A DNA stretch of 64,000 nucleotides, from contig CM060733.1 in the NCBI GenBank assembly GCA_030704615.1, positions 69,874,001 through 69,938,000 on the forward strand. The letters run 5' to 3'. Of the stretch, positions 14,601-28,583 are shown piece after piece. Within the stretch, counting starts at the first letter, position 1; each line of letters begins with the position of its first letter. The stretch is from Takakia lepidozioides (lineage: Eukaryota > Plantae > Bryophyta). The notes beneath the pieces were generated by a model, which did not search any database, was not told where the DNA came from, and worked only from the letters and a program-made list of their open reading frames with translations. Made by a program: the position numbers and the translations under genes.

Positions 14601-15988
14601 TCATAGCATGGTTCTCAAGGATGCCTATAATACAAAAGCTCGTCATAAAAGTAGTCCCATTCTATTCCATTTTTATACAACTGTGTCCATTATGGTATGT
14701 GGCATGAAACCAGAAGAAAATAATAAGAGTTCCATCCTACCTGATCAGCAGCAATCCAGGTTTTCCTCCCATCGGCCTTTTGCACAACGGCCAGCAGGCT
14801 CCTCCCTGTCTCTTTGTCAAACTCAAACAAAAGCCCCTTGCGCAACTGACCCTCTGCCTGCTTCACATCAATAGAAGCTTGACAGCTGCTTGCTTCCTTT
14901 GCAACCCTGCTCACAAGACTTTTCTAGTCAGCCCTCATACCAAACTACAATCAGAAAAAGACACTTTTCTCATCCGCAAGGTGAGGTTCACACAACCAGC
15001 AATTGACCATCTCCACAAAAGCTTGAATTCGAATTGTATGCAAGCTCCAGGCACACAAGAAGTACTTAGTGACCGATTCACTGTGAATATAAGCTATGCA
15101 TGTCTTCTTGTCGGCATGATGGAACTGTGCAATAAAACTCCTGAAGCCAGCCCTGGGGTTTTGGCCCCAGAAGAGTCTGAAAATCAGCCCCAAACTTGCC
15201 GCTGTGAGCGTTAATAGCAGTGAAAAATCCGTACCACGAAGCGAGAGTTGATGGAAACGTTATCGCTCACACTTTACACAACAAACTCATGATTTCGAAT
15301 CCAACACTTCAGACACAAAGAAATGTACAAGATAGGAAGATGATACATGACAAGAGCCCTCACAAACGAAACAGAGTACAAGTATTATTGATAAGGCAGA
15401 ACGAGAACAGTCACCCACATACCTCCGCCTTCGAGCAAATTTCTGCGGCGGATGGGTGCCCAAACAGAACCTGTTGACTTGCAAGCCCAAGTCGAACGCA
15501 TTTCCTCTGCCTCCATCAAGGTTTTGCAATACATTCCTCGAATGGCTCAAAATCGCAAAGCCACCAGTCTGTAACCCACCTACTATGCAACTAATCCATC
15601 TCCTGGATTCCCAAGAACTCGAGGGAGGAGCTCTCTGCCAGGCGACAAAGCCCAAGGACCCAACTCCATTTGACCTACCGCAACATGGACTAATGCTTGA
15701 AAATTTGGAGAGACCCAGAGCCATGTGTGGAAACCCACTCACATGAGGCCTTATTATTCCATCTGCACTCAAATTCGCTTCACAACTGCTAGCAATCGCA
15801 CCCTTCACCTTCTGCAGAACGTGTCGCATTCTCACGGTGCAAACACACCCAAACGACAGCAGGGCTGACGAATTCCTTTGCAGTTTGCCAGGGAAGCACT
15901 TCCCATCAACCAATCCTTGCGGTTGTGGAACAACCTGAGCCACCATCTCCAACCCTGCGGCCACCCCAGCTACAACGACTATGCCCAT
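2645..15988 (-). CDS. RNR1: Chloroplast/mitochondrial ribonuclease II (RNB-domain 3'-5' exoribonuclease), multi-exon
   Basis: Minus-strand exons give LRKGLLFEFDKETGRSLLAVVQKADGRKTW (~14900-14740), DPSLLEYAWEELLE (~10690-10610), RVDLTALKVYTIDSDDTDE / IDDGLSA..GRIKVWIHVADPTRWV (RNB catalytic D motif, ~5685-5240), EAKHRSTSIYLPTGTIPMFP (~5055-4905), QLVAEMMIACGE...HAALGVPGYVQFTSPIRRYSDFLAHYQ (~4060-3670), and last exon 2785-2645 (LGIQAAATIS...LREVLPAYVLTV*). N-terminal exon resembles a transit peptide. Start codon and some small exons are approximate. Confidence 0.92.
5805..5940 (-). mobile_element. Putative tRNA-derived SINE sharing its 3' tail with the local LINE family
   Basis: Minus strand has a degenerate A-box (cagctgagctgcag) and B-box (ggtgcgaacccc), then ggggtcaatggccataaggctatggcaa...atgagtacattctct, matching the LINE 3' end at 14030-14080. 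Confidence 0.5.
6811..8735 (-). mobile_element. Head-to-tail stack of four 5'-truncated non-LTR retrotransposon copies in an RNR1 intron
   Basis: The 3'-end motif (plus strand aga(a/t)t(g/a)tactcataaga..ttgtttgc.gtagcct.gtggcca) recurs at ~6813, ~6951, ~7100 and ~8350. Copies are about 70, 135, 1240 and 370 bp. ORFs 7633-8325 and 7109-7690 match ORF2 of the copy at 11-14 kb (YTYLGV, RPALEYAS, CPLCG..ED..HFLIHC). Confidence 0.9.
10814..14079 (+). mobile_element. 5'-truncated LINE-type non-LTR retrotransposon (APE endonuclease end + RT + C-terminal Cys/His motif), disrupted
   Basis: DIGTSDHFLV endonuclease motif at ~11237-11270. RT motifs KAGGPDGI, NYRGITLL, QAGFR, FLDVKKAYDSV, GVAQGCTLSPLLF, FADD, YTYLGV. 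C-terminal CPLCGQHEDDVHFQIHC. Direct repeat ttctatatgaggtaga at 10798-10813 and 14077-14092 (TSD of 13-16 bp). No poly(A) tail. Clade not assigned. Confidence 0.93.
14150..14303 (+). mobile_element. Short remnant of a related non-LTR element 3' end
   Basis: Ends in the same ttatgagtacattc motif as the LINE immediately upstream but with a different body sequence. Confidence 0.45.
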
Positions 15989-16952
15989 CTTCTAGAGGTA
16001 GCTGGCCCCATCCCCATTGGTCCAACATTCTTATCCTACAATCTCTGCAGTCAGGGGTTTTAGGGCTTCTGTTCCTGATTCCTCAATTTTTTCTCTCTTT
16101 CTCTTTCCAACAAGTCTGAATCAATGAATGGTTCTACCACACATTAGTACTACATGGTACTGAAACAGTTTGGCTGATATAATGCTGCTGCAAAATCCTT
16201 GGTCCTGGTCAATGGCTTTGCTTAGAGGTGAATGTTATTCCAATCTATCACTGCATCCTACTGTGGCATGTGACATTGTCATAAACTTGTACTTGGGATC
16301 AAGCATTCAGTGGCTTGCACACTCCTTGCTCTTTCAGGCCCCCCCATCTCCCAATATCCCATTGCCCTTTTGAAGTGCACACTGTTGTGACAAATTGGTG
16401 AGACTGGCCTACAAACATTGCACTCGCAACTGTACTCCAACGTACATATTTCAATCCACCAGAGACAGTATAGCAGTTGCCTGCAGGAAGTCAGAATGGG
16501 GTCATATGCTGCATGATGAACAGCCAACAAGGTGAAGCAACCGTGTACTGGTAAAATATTGCCCTCAATAGCACAACCCCCCCAGAACAAATTTTCTGAA
16601 CAACCACGAACAATCTGTGATGTTTACGTGAGATTGATGTTTATGTCATTGATGTTTATGTGAGATTCTCGTAACTACATGATCGAGACGGCTAGACGTG
16701 GACAGGCACTCACCAGACAAGCTATGGAAGGTAACAAAAATATGGATTTTTTTATATGATGAACAGGGTCAGACCGACATCAAGACAAACGACAAGCACT
16801 TACTGCTTGCCAATAAGTGGTCCTCATGGAACAAACGAGGGGTTGTGACATCGAAGTGTTTTAAGAACAGACATCTCACTTCTATGTATCCAACAAAAGT
16901 CTTGAAGAATGCGGATGCGAGCTGCAACCATTTGCAGGGATGACAGACTTGC

Positions 16953-19900
16953 TCATGGTTGCCTCGATGATGTGTCACAATCATCAGCAGCCGCACTACC
17001 CGGAGCTACCATTGCTTGGTTATCTAACGTTGAGCCAGAAGAGACTAGCAGCATGTTGTTATCAAGAGCAGGTGATGCTTCATTACGAGCTGCCTCCACT
17101 GCCTTGGCTGCAACTTCCCCAGGGGGCGGATGATCAAATTTGCAAGTAGAGCCAAATTTGCACGCCCCTGTCTTCATGTAGTAGGCACAAGCTGTCTCAC
17201 CCTGCTGACCCACCAAACATGTATAGTATCAGAGCTGTGCATTGGCAACCAAACACGAAGGCCTGGCATAAAACTGTCTGCATCTACGTCTCCCAAGTTA
17301 CGTTCAACCATTTAGAAGTGATCCAACCCCTTACCACTCTTCTGGGAAGACCTGCAAGAGTAAGCTTCACAACACCAGGAGGCGGCATTGGTTTGCCTAC
17401 ACCTGTGGACACGCGGTTGGGAGGGTGATTAAATCTGCACGTTGCTCCAAAACTGCACTCTCCCGTTTTCAAATAGAACTGCCCAAGCAAGACCATCATC
17501 AACCCACAACAGTGCTCCACACAAAGTCCAGCAAAATTGAGCCAGCAGCATGAAATTGAGCCTTTTAATATAAGACATGGGCTACTAAGTGTAATATGTT
17601 CAGGATCTTTCAAAGTAGGGCATTCAAGCTTGGAATCTCTGTAGGTTGTACCTCCAGGTCTGGTTATGATTTATAGAAATATGAAGAAAAGAGAACTCAC
17701 GAGTGACACATTTCAGCACTACATCAGCACTTGACATGCTCCAGACATATAGATCACAACAAGTAAGAACAACCAAGATCAACTTACTCCACAGTCAGGT
17801 TCGCCTGGCCGCTGCGGGTATGCCACCGTGGTGGTTCCTGTATATGCATATTCTGGTGCACCCTAGCAACCACTCACCAATGTTACCGACATCAGAACCA
17901 ATCACATTACACTATTACTTACAAAAGCACCACATGCATATATGCAAGCCACCATACCAAGGGACACTGAACTAAAGATGTACAAAAAATGTAAACTTTT
18001 GACAATGAAGAATACTGATTGAAATTAGACAAATAATCTTGTAGAAATGGGCATGAGGGAAAAGTGATAGACCAGTCACTACAGATTTAGTTCAGATCAC
18101 AATTTGACACTTCTCATAAGGAGCTTCTTTTATGGCATCACATTCTAGCAAAGCATGCATGCACCTTGCATGCCAAAGAAGTAACCATTGTAGACTTACA
18201 TTGGTTTCATCTCATGACGTACATACCTGCACAAGGACCATGCACACCCACCCTGTCTGACAAAACTGACTACCACAAGGAATGATTCCATAATCGGTAA
18301 CAAAATCTCCCGACTTACCATTTGATATCCCATGGGGGGTCCATAAGTAGCCGGGCTTGGTGCAACACCTGGTGGAAAGAGAGGTGCCGATCTGCCACCT
18401 GCTGAAATAAAAGGGTAAATGCATGAACCATGACTTGATTGTTCACTAGTGCTTGCCTTTTACTCAAGAATCCAGACAAATACAGCCAGGAGGAGGACCC
18501 ACCTGCCCTGCTAACTTCAGGATGGTTGTAGCGACATGTGGCTCCATACTTACAGCTGTACCCGCCACCCTTCCCTCTCTCAAGTCAGCTTAGCTTCCAC
18601 ATCACAGTCCCTGATTCCTGATGTTGAGTGATGCCCGTCAGACGAGGCATCATCTATCTGCTTCTAAAGCCTGGCAAAATCCTGTGGCTCACCCAAGGTA
18701 AGGAAGAAGGACAAAGTTATGTTTTACTAGGCAAGGTGCAAACATACCACGTGTACATAGCCAAGGAGGTAAGCACTCAACTCACCTCCCCGTCTTCCCA
18801 TAGTACACACAATCAGCTTCACCCTGCACAGTCCAATCATGTTCTTCAGGATCCCAGCCAGCTGTATGCAGACTTAGATTTCAGAATCACTTCCAACTTG
18901 AAGTCCTCCCCGGATGCATGCATGCCAAGAGATACATTACAGTTCACACTTCCCTTCCGTCTCTTCCATGACAGTACAATTGAAGCTCTTTTATCCTTAA
19001 CTATTTGACAAAGAAAAGAGGAGATTCTACACTTGCAAGTGGATGGACGGTCCAGCATTCATCACAGGCTCCAGGGTACAAATCACCTACAGGTCTCAGA
19101 GGCAAGCCCTTTGTGTTCAGCGAAGCTGGTTTGCCAGACCCTGCTGCCTGCTGCGAAGCGTCGTCCTGGCTGCTGGCCTCAGCCCTGTCCTTGGGATGAT
19201 TGAACCTGCATTTGAGCCCATATTTGCACTCTCCTGTTTTCATGTAGTACTGCAACCATTCCCCCCCTAGCTGTCAGTTTGTTACAGCAATCTCCTTCAC
19301 TGATAAGCAACTTGGAGCATGCTAATCAGACACTGAAGAGGTGAAAGGGTGCACAAGACTGACCGCACAATCAGGCTCTCCTGGCCGTTGAGGGAGAGAA
19401 GCTGCATCCACTATAGCCCCAGTGGCTGCTGTGACCTGTACCCCTCCATATTAATGCTTACATACCCATTAAATAACTCCTGAACTTGCCATAAAGTAAG
19501 CAATTGAAAGAACACCTTGAATGGCAGAAAAAGAACAAATCGAGAGTGAGGAAGCGCCACCCTCTGCTACAACTAAATAAACTTAAACAGAAAAGCTGAA
19601 ATGTGTGAGACCACAGCATGCACCCAAGACCACTATAACTCCAGGGACACAGAATGCCAGATGGACTGACCAAGACGGTAAGGCCATGTTAGCTTTTGCA
19701 AGACACTTTGATGCTCGCATTTCATCTTGAAATAACACAATGCAGCTGTGCTAATCACACAACCTGCTATCCCCAACAATGTGCGCATGAGGAGAGCCAA
19801 TTCTCAAGCAAGTAGACATACCTCCTTCCAATTTGGGATGCCCCCAAATGGCACCCAGGCAGGGTGGTCGAAGCGGCAGGTGGGCCCAAAGCTGCAGGTC

Positions 19901-20909
19901 CGTGTGGTCATGTAGTAGGCACACACTTTCTCCCCAGGTCTCTGTGGAAATAGCCCCAACATCCCCCCACTGTCCGGCCGCGGTCGCTTAGCTAAGACCG
20001 GGCCACCCCACACTAATAATTCCAACATCCACCAAGAATCCATAAATTGCAACCAACAGGCAAGCATTGGAATAAAGCACATGTGTGTGATATAAGAGGG
20101 TACCAGCCCATCCAAAAGATACACCAGCCACCAAAAAAACAAGGGAAAATATGGAGGAAGAGGCAAAGGTTTAGATAGTATAATAAGGATACCGTAGTAG
20201 TGCAGTGGCAGAGTACCGATGGTAGGTAGAATAGAGGCGCACAACACAGCATATATACGTAGCAGCCATCCAGTATGCGTGCATTTGCAACCGCAAAAAA
20301 ACACCCTTGGTCAGATGCCATCCCACCAAATTAACTTCCCATAACACTTCCCCACAATGTGTCCCATATCACTGGGAACCCTATCAGACAAAGAACCATG
20401 CCAAGATAAAAATACGCAGAGGGATTCAGCACCAGCAGCACTTTCTGGGGCTTCGATCAGGCAGCAGATTGCAAATTGCTACAATATAGGCTAACTTTTA
20501 CCCGTGCCCCAGATTTACACTATACGTGTGTTCAAAGGTGACACTACAGCACCGGAATGAGTATCAGGATACAGCATGAAGAAATACTTGCAGCCCCCGG
20601 TTGCATCCCAGGTAATTGACACTGTGACATAAGAAGGAAAGATCAAGACGAAGAGATAGAGACTGAGCACTGCTAACCTTCATCAGAGGGGCGCTTCAGG
20701 CCACCCATGGTCTGATCGTAAGTCTGCTCGTAAGTCTGCTCGTATGCCTGCTCGTAGGTCTGCTCATAGGGCAATGGCGGAGGTTGTGCATACATCATCG
20801 CGGGAAGCGGCGCAAGAAGAGGGGCAGGCTGCGGGGCATAGTACTGATACTGCGGCTGCGGCTGGGGCTGCACATTGCCATACATCACCTGCGAGCTCGA
20901 CGTCGCCAT
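16953..20909 (-). CDS. HUA1: CCCH zinc-finger RNA-binding protein, HUA1/C3H37-like, multi-exon
   Basis: Exons encode [82 protein letters not shown]/..[82 protein letters not shown]. The WVP.GGIP.WKE and VKL.LAG.PRR linkers are characteristic of HUA1. ATG at 20909. Confidence 0.9.
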
Positions 20910-20981
20910 CGCCGCACCCGCCAAGCCTCGCCCTCCTCCTCCCTCGACACTACCAAGAGCGAGGAAGACGATGCCTACAGC

Positions 20982-21072
20982 CCATCGGTCCCCCGCTTGG
21001 TGTATCCGCTGTATAAAACACGAGGATATGATCCATCGGTTCCACGCCTAGTGTACCCGCTGTATAAAACAC
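20982..21072. repeat. Two ~40-bp direct repeats at 51-bp spacing just upstream of the HUA1-like start codon
   Basis: ccatcggt.cc.cgc.t.gtgta.ccgctgtataaaacac at 20982 and 21033. Confidence 0.85.
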
Positions 21073-23073
21073 CCGGTTTCTTCATCTGAAAGAACAACTT
21101 CAGACCGATGGTCCCAGTATCGGTCCATAGTTTATTCAACGGTTATATATAGGATCCTCTGGATACAGAGCCGCATGTCTGGATGCAAAATGTCGTTATT
21201 GGATGAGAAGAGGCATATGCATCCACGTCGATGCAATATGCCAAGATTGATTCCATAGAGGGAACCAAAACTTCAAATATCTCCACGTCACCGGTCCGGG
21301 CCAGTGTGACCCGGCCCGCGATCCCTGGGGCTTAACGAAAACAGTCCTCCTCAAAGAAACAGCGCAAGGTTGTTAGCGATGGATTCCATTGCATCCGCAG
21401 CGTGTGATGGAATCTTGTCGGAGCTACAATGAGTCGTCGTACATTGTGGAGTTTGCCAAGAACAGAAACAGCCTTGAGGTGAAAGATTCGTACTTGGTGT
21501 GGGAGAAGATGGCTACTAGGATCTGGGATAATGGGAGTCGTCCTGTATTGCCTAATTCCAAGGAAGAGGAGCTCGGAGACGTTGCACTTCCTGTCTGGCC
21601 GCACTGTGTGATGTCTTCCATTCACGACCAGCGTAGGCGAATGAAATCTATAATTTGGATGATCTAGGGAATTAATCATATCAAACTTATCAGTCGTCAA
21701 ATAAGTGAGGGATTACCTGTTGCAGATGTGCCAAGAAGAGTATATATATGTCCACTTTGATGTGATCTATTGTTTTTCCACCAGTCATCAGTCAAACTCT
21801 CTTGCTAATTCTTTATACAACAATATTCAGAATCCTGCGCACGCAGCCTAAGCCATTTGCAAATCCATATCACTCGACCTTCTCAAAATCCTGCTTTGGT
21901 GACTGGTTCGATCTGCACGTGGTACGCCTAAATTTATACATTCCTTGGGATAGTTCCCCGATACTTTCAGTGCATGGCGAGTTTGAGTGCGAACAGGTTA
22001 CATATGAGTTTCAGCAATTCATCATGTCAGTTGTCCTCCGTGGTCCCACCTTTTAGCAATTTCGACACAAATTATAATATTTCAAAGATTGTTGAAAATT
22101 TTGGAAATTGATTTTGTGAAATTAAATAACTTTGTGAATGATAATAAGGCATCTTTGGGAATATTCTATATGTTGAAATAAAATTCTCAAAATAAGATAA
22201 ATATTCGACAGATGATTGTTGAGGTACTGCGGTATCTATTCTTTGATCCAAGAAAAGGAGAGGTCTGAAGCAGTTGATCCAGATTTTTCATCTGGTCAAA
22301 TGGACTGCTGAGTGTGGTACAAAATATCAAGTTGAGTGCAAAACATCACCCTTCTGCCCTCCTGTGTACCAACTATCCTCATTCGGCAAAATTGTTTTGA
22401 TGTTGAACATTGGCTGCTGAGTACATGGAGGGGGTGCATAGAGATGGGACACTGTCACCCAAGTATCGATTCCATGATAATTATCTGAGTGTCTGCACAG
22501 AGCTGGAATATGTTTGTTGCTGGGTCAATTGATGATATCTGCCAAACATTGATGCATAATGATGGTTTGTGCAGAAATACTTCTGGGAGCACTTGAAGGA
22601 AAAGAAAGCTTGGAGACTGATAAGACGAGAGTGGAGCAGCTGTTACTAAAAACTTGCCATAGGACCTCCATACATCAGAAGCCAGATAGCACTATTGCCT
22701 TGAAACCTACCTCCATTTCTTTTCTGAGATAAGAAAAGGTAATTGACATATAGTACATTAAAACCAGGTATACACTACTAGCTCATAAAGTCTTCCGTGA
22801 CTTATGCTTACTGTCAATTTGCGACATTGTGATTTGACAGATCTAACCAGGTGAAAGGATTGCTGCACTTTTCAGTGCAAGACATGAAGGTTCAAGCCCT
22901 CAAAAATTTGGACCAGCCAAGCTCTGCTCTGAAGTCACATGATCTACCTCAAAGAGAGTTAGCACTTTCAAACAGACCAGTCGCCTGCCTTAGTGAAGCA
23001 GGCTTTTACTGGCATCATCTATCTCGTAAGCAAGTGTCTGGAAACACCCATCTCCAAGTGCCAGACAAAAGCC

Positions 23074-26000
23074 TTAAAACATGGCTTGCAGCACATTGAC
23101 ACCCACTAAACATCCAATCCCTGTGCCGATTGTGTAGCCCAGTGTGCCCACCAGCAATGCTGGTCGAACCTGCCAATCATTCACAAAATACACTCATTGC
23201 AAATACAATACAGGGACTCTTTGATGAGAAGCAACCTGCTTTTTCATATCAGATTGCCAACTTCGAAACAGAACTGTGTGGTCAGTAGTTGGAGTTGCAG
23301 AGTACTTACCAGTCCTGGCCACCGCCGCGCACTGGCCATTGCTGCTGCTGTTGCAGGACCTCCTATATTTGCATTTGACGCTACCAAAATCTGCAGCTCC
23401 ACCCTACATGTTAGTATAAAGCGAAGTGGATATGTCTATGATCCTGCCTCGGTGCTTACACAGAATAGGTGGTCCTCTTCCTATGTTGAAGGTTCACTTT
23501 GCTACCGTGGGTACCAGGGAACCAGGGAAAAACCACCTAGCATGTGTGTGTGTTTAGTCAGTCTCTTGTACAGATTCTTCTAGGCTATTTTATCAGGTGC
23601 CACCATAGAAGTTGTAGGAGTGGAAAGTGCTTATTATACCGTGCGCATCGGAAGTCGAGACCAGTAACCCAGTGATAAGGAGACTACCAGGTGAACCTGC
23701 CATTCCATCAACCCCACATCACTACTTGCTCACTGCTTTCCAGACAAACATCTGAGTTGTATACAGAATCCATAGAGAGCAAGTGCTGCAACTGGCTGCA
23801 AAACTGGAAAAGTGAGAGACTACATACCACGATAAGGAGGAGAATAAAAACAAAAAGGGGCCAACCCCCTGCCACTGCTTCCTGCACACTTGTTGATGCA
23901 CCCACCTGCACCAAACCCCATATCCTAGTCATGACTTTGTCCTTAAGGAGAGTCACACTACCACCTCAAACTCCAGTTAAACTAGACTCCAGTTAAGGGG
24001 AGTGCAACTCGGCCATCAACTTAACATTCCCCTGAACTGACCCCAGTTTGGAATGTTGGGACTGCTGTGGATTCAAGCTCATCTGCGCTTAATTTGTGGC
24101 ATCTGACAAGTGAACCAGATCAAAGTAGTCACTCTTATCAGGTACACCCAATATTTACTGTAGAACTTGCAAATCACCAGAGGAATAACTAACATGGCCT
24201 GCTTACCACACAGAAAAAGATAAGCATAAGAGCTCCTCCAAGAGACTGAGAGCCAGCAAACATGGGAATGCCTCTGCTGCCATCTCCATCACCAGATACA
24301 AATCCTGCTACTGTCGAAAATAATGATGCCACAAGTGCCATCATGGCCAAGCCGGACCCTGCATGCCTTCCATAGCCCCAACCCTGTAATTGGAGCCTTC
24401 ATATCAAGCACTGGCCAGCAATACTGTGTTAAGTCCAGGCTTGCAATGAGAATATGACCTGACTGCTGATGCAGTCAAGAACATAGAACTACAACCAACA
24501 AAATCCTTACTCTACACTCCAATCAAGCAGTGTTGCAGCTCACCTCATTACCCACAGCTAGAGATATGGGGCCTTGGATTTTATCCATTCCTTTAGTAAT
24601 GGAGGTCACATTTTTTTCATCTCTCATCGCTCTATCAGCTCTTCACACACTGGACCTCAAGAATTCTCACCTGCCAACGGGGTGGGGAGGGCAGCTGCAA
24701 GTGTATTCCCAAGCATGCACGCTGCCGCTGCAGCCGCTACAGACACTGACAATGTTTCCACTGTTGGGTTTACCTGTTCTGTCGACATATTGTCTCCACC
24801 TGCAAATTTGACTGCATGACAATAATACTGAGTTTCTGTGTCAACACCAGAATACTTGGCCAAGACACTTTTAGATTCAAATTATAGAAAACATCCGACA
24901 AAGAACCATGGAGAGAGCGCGAGATAATCTAACTCAGCATAAGTGGGCTGAAAAAAGCTCCGACTTAAGGCTTAAGAAGTCTGTTCTTGAATGGTCAGCA
25001 TGCAATACACATGAGTAGGGAGAGCGATTCTTAATTTCTTCAAAAGAAGAACATGCAAATATTCAATTTTACCTTCAACCCTCCCTCAAAAAAATTCAAT
25101 AGCAATTATTTTACATATATATATATATATATATATACCCATAATTTTGAAGCACTTTTAATAACATGACCATTTGAGAGACAAACAACTCATTAGAGCT
25201 ACCTAGTCTCCAAAACCTGTAGACCTGATTTGTGATATACCAAACCCTCCCTGCATTGATGGAGTAGTGGTGTAGCTTACCTCCACTTCCAGGAAAGGGT
25301 TCATTAACCAGCTCTTGTTGGCCAGAATTATGATCTGGAATGGACATGATGATGCCCAAATACACAGCCATGGCCAGATTATCTGCAGCCATGCCTGCTG
25401 CCAGCATGCTTGGTGAACTTAAGCCAAGTGCCTATCCACCCAAAATGCAATAGCCCAGTCCTCATGTCATTGAAACAACTTTGCCAAATCCAGGTCCCCG
25501 CCCATTTTTCACAATTCTCTACACTACACTTAATACCCAGGGAAGATATGGTCTTTTAATCTTTTCCCTTGTCCTGTGACATCCAAATCAGATATAAAGT
25601 TCTGTGCTAGTGCCCTCTGTGGCCCATTTTTCACTGGTTCCCTATTTTCTATTACTAGAGGAAACTGGAGGAGTTTTAGGTCTTTGCATAGGCCTGGGAA
25701 CTGATCTCTGGCCCTCTAGAGGACAGGAGCCTGGTCCCCAGAATGTCACAGGAATGAAAGATGCAACACTTGCAGGAGAGCAAGAAAGCAAGTGCTTAGA
25801 GGTCGCTTACAGTAGCACTGAGGGCATTAAAGAAATTGAAGAAAGAAGCAGACAAAGAGAAAGAAGAATTGGACTTCATAACGTTCACAGAAACAGAACA
25901 TGCACTCATTCATCATTCCTGCAAAACATTGGCTATGACACACCCTTGACTTTATTCTGATTCTCGTGTCCTCAAAAGAGGAGTTAACCATAGCATGAAC

Positions 26001-28583
26001 ATGTTCACCTCAGGGTTCATATCCAGGGGCCATGGCTTTTGGCAATGTCTAGAGCCTCGAGAACACTGCTGTAAGATCCGCAGAGACTGCACTGATGCTG
26101 CTATCAAAGAGGCCCACTCTCTTCCAGCTAGGCTAACTTATTGTTTACAGAGCATTTTTCTAGTACAGCAGCTGAGTGCCCAATGTGGGATTGCCCTTAG
26201 GTGGCTCAATCTCCTCCACTGACTTCTCTAGGTCAAGGAAGACACTTAGATCCTCTGAGCAGGTAAGGATGGGAGATGTTATAAGATGAGTGCAGCTGTT
26301 GAAACTGACATAAATGACATGCTGATAACCAACATGACTAGACACATTGCTGTGGTTCTGATGTCCATATCACAACAACTATGGACAGATTGCAGGCATT
26401 GGAAGATGGGGCCACCTGGGCTGTTGCAGCATAATTGATGGAGCCTCCAACATAGCTCGCACACAGAGACGATGCAATCTGTCAATTTCACGACCAGCAC
26501 AGTGAATCAACTCTCCCTCTGTGATTATCCAGACAAACTACAAGAAAATTCATTTCCAAGGAATGAGGTTACTCTCCACATACTGGAAATGGGATTTGTT
26601 CAATTCTCAGTTACTAACACACATCCTGCTGACTCTGCTGAGGTCCTGTCACCCAAAAGACCAACCACCCACATAACACTTGCCAGCAGACCAGTTTACA
26701 CCACCCCCTCCCTAGGACTGTAAGCATACAAAGGTCTTTCTTGGTGTGTCTGCTTTCGTCAGAATTGTCCTAAATTAGATATTACTCTCGGATAGTCTGA
26801 GTCCCAACACTAAATCTATGAGTGTGACTGTACATGTCTCTGGAGAGCACCTGTGTGACTGCAATCAATGATATCAGTAGAGAGGGGTGGTATGTACACC
26901 TTCCAGCCATAGGGACCTAGATGACGCCCAATCAGAGTGAAGGCCACCAGTGTTCCAATGACTGTCCCAAGGGCCCCAAACCAAAAGGCCTTCAATGTCG
27001 AGCCTGCAACATACCATTCTTTGTCAGCCAACCTTTGCTGCCATCCCACCATCCCCCTCCAGCGTTGTCCTTCGATGCATACCCCAGTGATTGCCCATGC
27101 TAAAACCAATCACATTGCACAAATCATGACAGCCTGAGGCAGATGGAGAAGAGATCAAGCAGAAACACAAACCCGCATCCGTGAATGCACGCATCACATC
27201 CGTCTCCAGGAGACTCAGTGCCACAGCCATTGGCATCCCCAGCGCTAATACCTGCCTGTGCCCTCCTTGCTTAGCACTCTTTCTAGAAAGTAGATCTTGC
27301 ACGGTTTCACTTTCAATCAGTCAAAGAGCGCACTTCCTAGTATGTGCATAGCTGGAGGCATCTACGACACACCAAGTCATAAGCAGGTGCTGAGGCAGGA
27401 ATAATGTTGCATGTTGAGAGTAGCAATCCGGAGCCCATGGCAAGCAGAGGTGCAGATACGCGCCCTCCCCATTCAGTTCTTGACTCCAAGACCTGCCAGT
27501 ACAAGGCCAATGCATCTATACATGGTGAGCCATGGTCTAACCAACAAGAAGCAGCCCCAGCTCTACTCCTCCAAACAGTTGTCTTTGCTGAAGCTTTTGT
27601 ATTCTTGCTATGTGGAATTTGCAGTCGGAACATTGGTGGCTTTGAGTGTTATGGCAACTCCATCTTGCGCTAATGCCCCCAAATATCTGCCAGGGACACC
27701 ACTGTGACAAATGTGCTTGTGTCCCAGCTGTCACTAACTTACAAAGCCTACCCCATCCTATCTTGCTGTGATATACATCAGCAGCATGACAACTGGAATT
27801 TTAAGGTACTCATGTGAGGAGACAATTTGCTGGTTCTTTGCAGAGCCAGGCAGATGCCTCATAATAGTCACCACTTTGTGCCATCCCTGGGGGATATCCC
27901 AGGAATTTTCTTCTGAATTGAATGTTGGGACTAGTCAGGTGAGTTAGAGTTAAGTGTACAGAATCAGAGCTCAGATTCAAAACCGTGCATGAAGGTGGCT
28001 CCCAGCGCTGGTTTCCCTCCATCATCTCTAAACCTGTCTGTTGCACAGAACCTAGCAGACTACCATTGGAAATACACTCCCGTTGCTCGGAACTCTCTAT
28101 TTTCTGTGAAATTGCAGTTCCTACTACTCGACGCAACTCAGGGAACCTGCATTTTCGGTGAAAAACAGAGATCCGGAAAAATCGGCGTTGAGCTGTATTT
28201 ATAATGGAACAAGCTATCCACCATAGGTACAAGAATGAGGGTCAGGGAAAGGAAGGAACCTGGCCCAGTGCCGCACAGGCGGCCAGTGTACAAAAGAGTG
28301 TGCTCCCACACTGTGGGCCCACCATTGTCATTGTCACTCGGGCCTTCCATCTTACATTGCCTCCCATTGAATTTAGTTCCACTGTCGCTCCATGAAATGT
28401 CCTTGCTCCGACCCTGTCTTGCCATTTCATACCATTGCCCCACATTGCCGATTCACCTTCATATTTGAAAGTCCTCGTTCCCAGTGGGAGTTCTGTAGAT
28501 TCTGGTCTGCCCCCACGAATCCGTGGAAGACGTGGTGAAAAAACAGATATTGGAACGCACCGTGTGGCGATGGTGGAGGTCAT
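23074..28583 (-). CDS. DUF819 (YjcL-like) multi-pass membrane protein, probably plastid-targeted, multi-exon
   Basis: Exons: LESRTEWGGRVSAPLLAMGSGLLLS..IIPASAPAYDLV; LGMPMAVALSLLETD; GSTLKAFWFGALGTVIGTLVAF; IASSLCASYVGGSINYAATAQ; LAAGMAADNLAMAVY; LGGALMLIFF; ILVASNANIGGPATAAAMASARRW; RPALLVGTLGYTIGT...QAMF* (stop 23074-23076). The ASYxGGxxN and ASNANxGGPxTA motifs are typical of DUF819. The 5' end is uncertain. Confidence 0.85.

Noticed and set aside
21332-22700. ORF fragments between HUA1-like and DUF819 genes
   Set aside because: Multiple stops and no recognisable domain.
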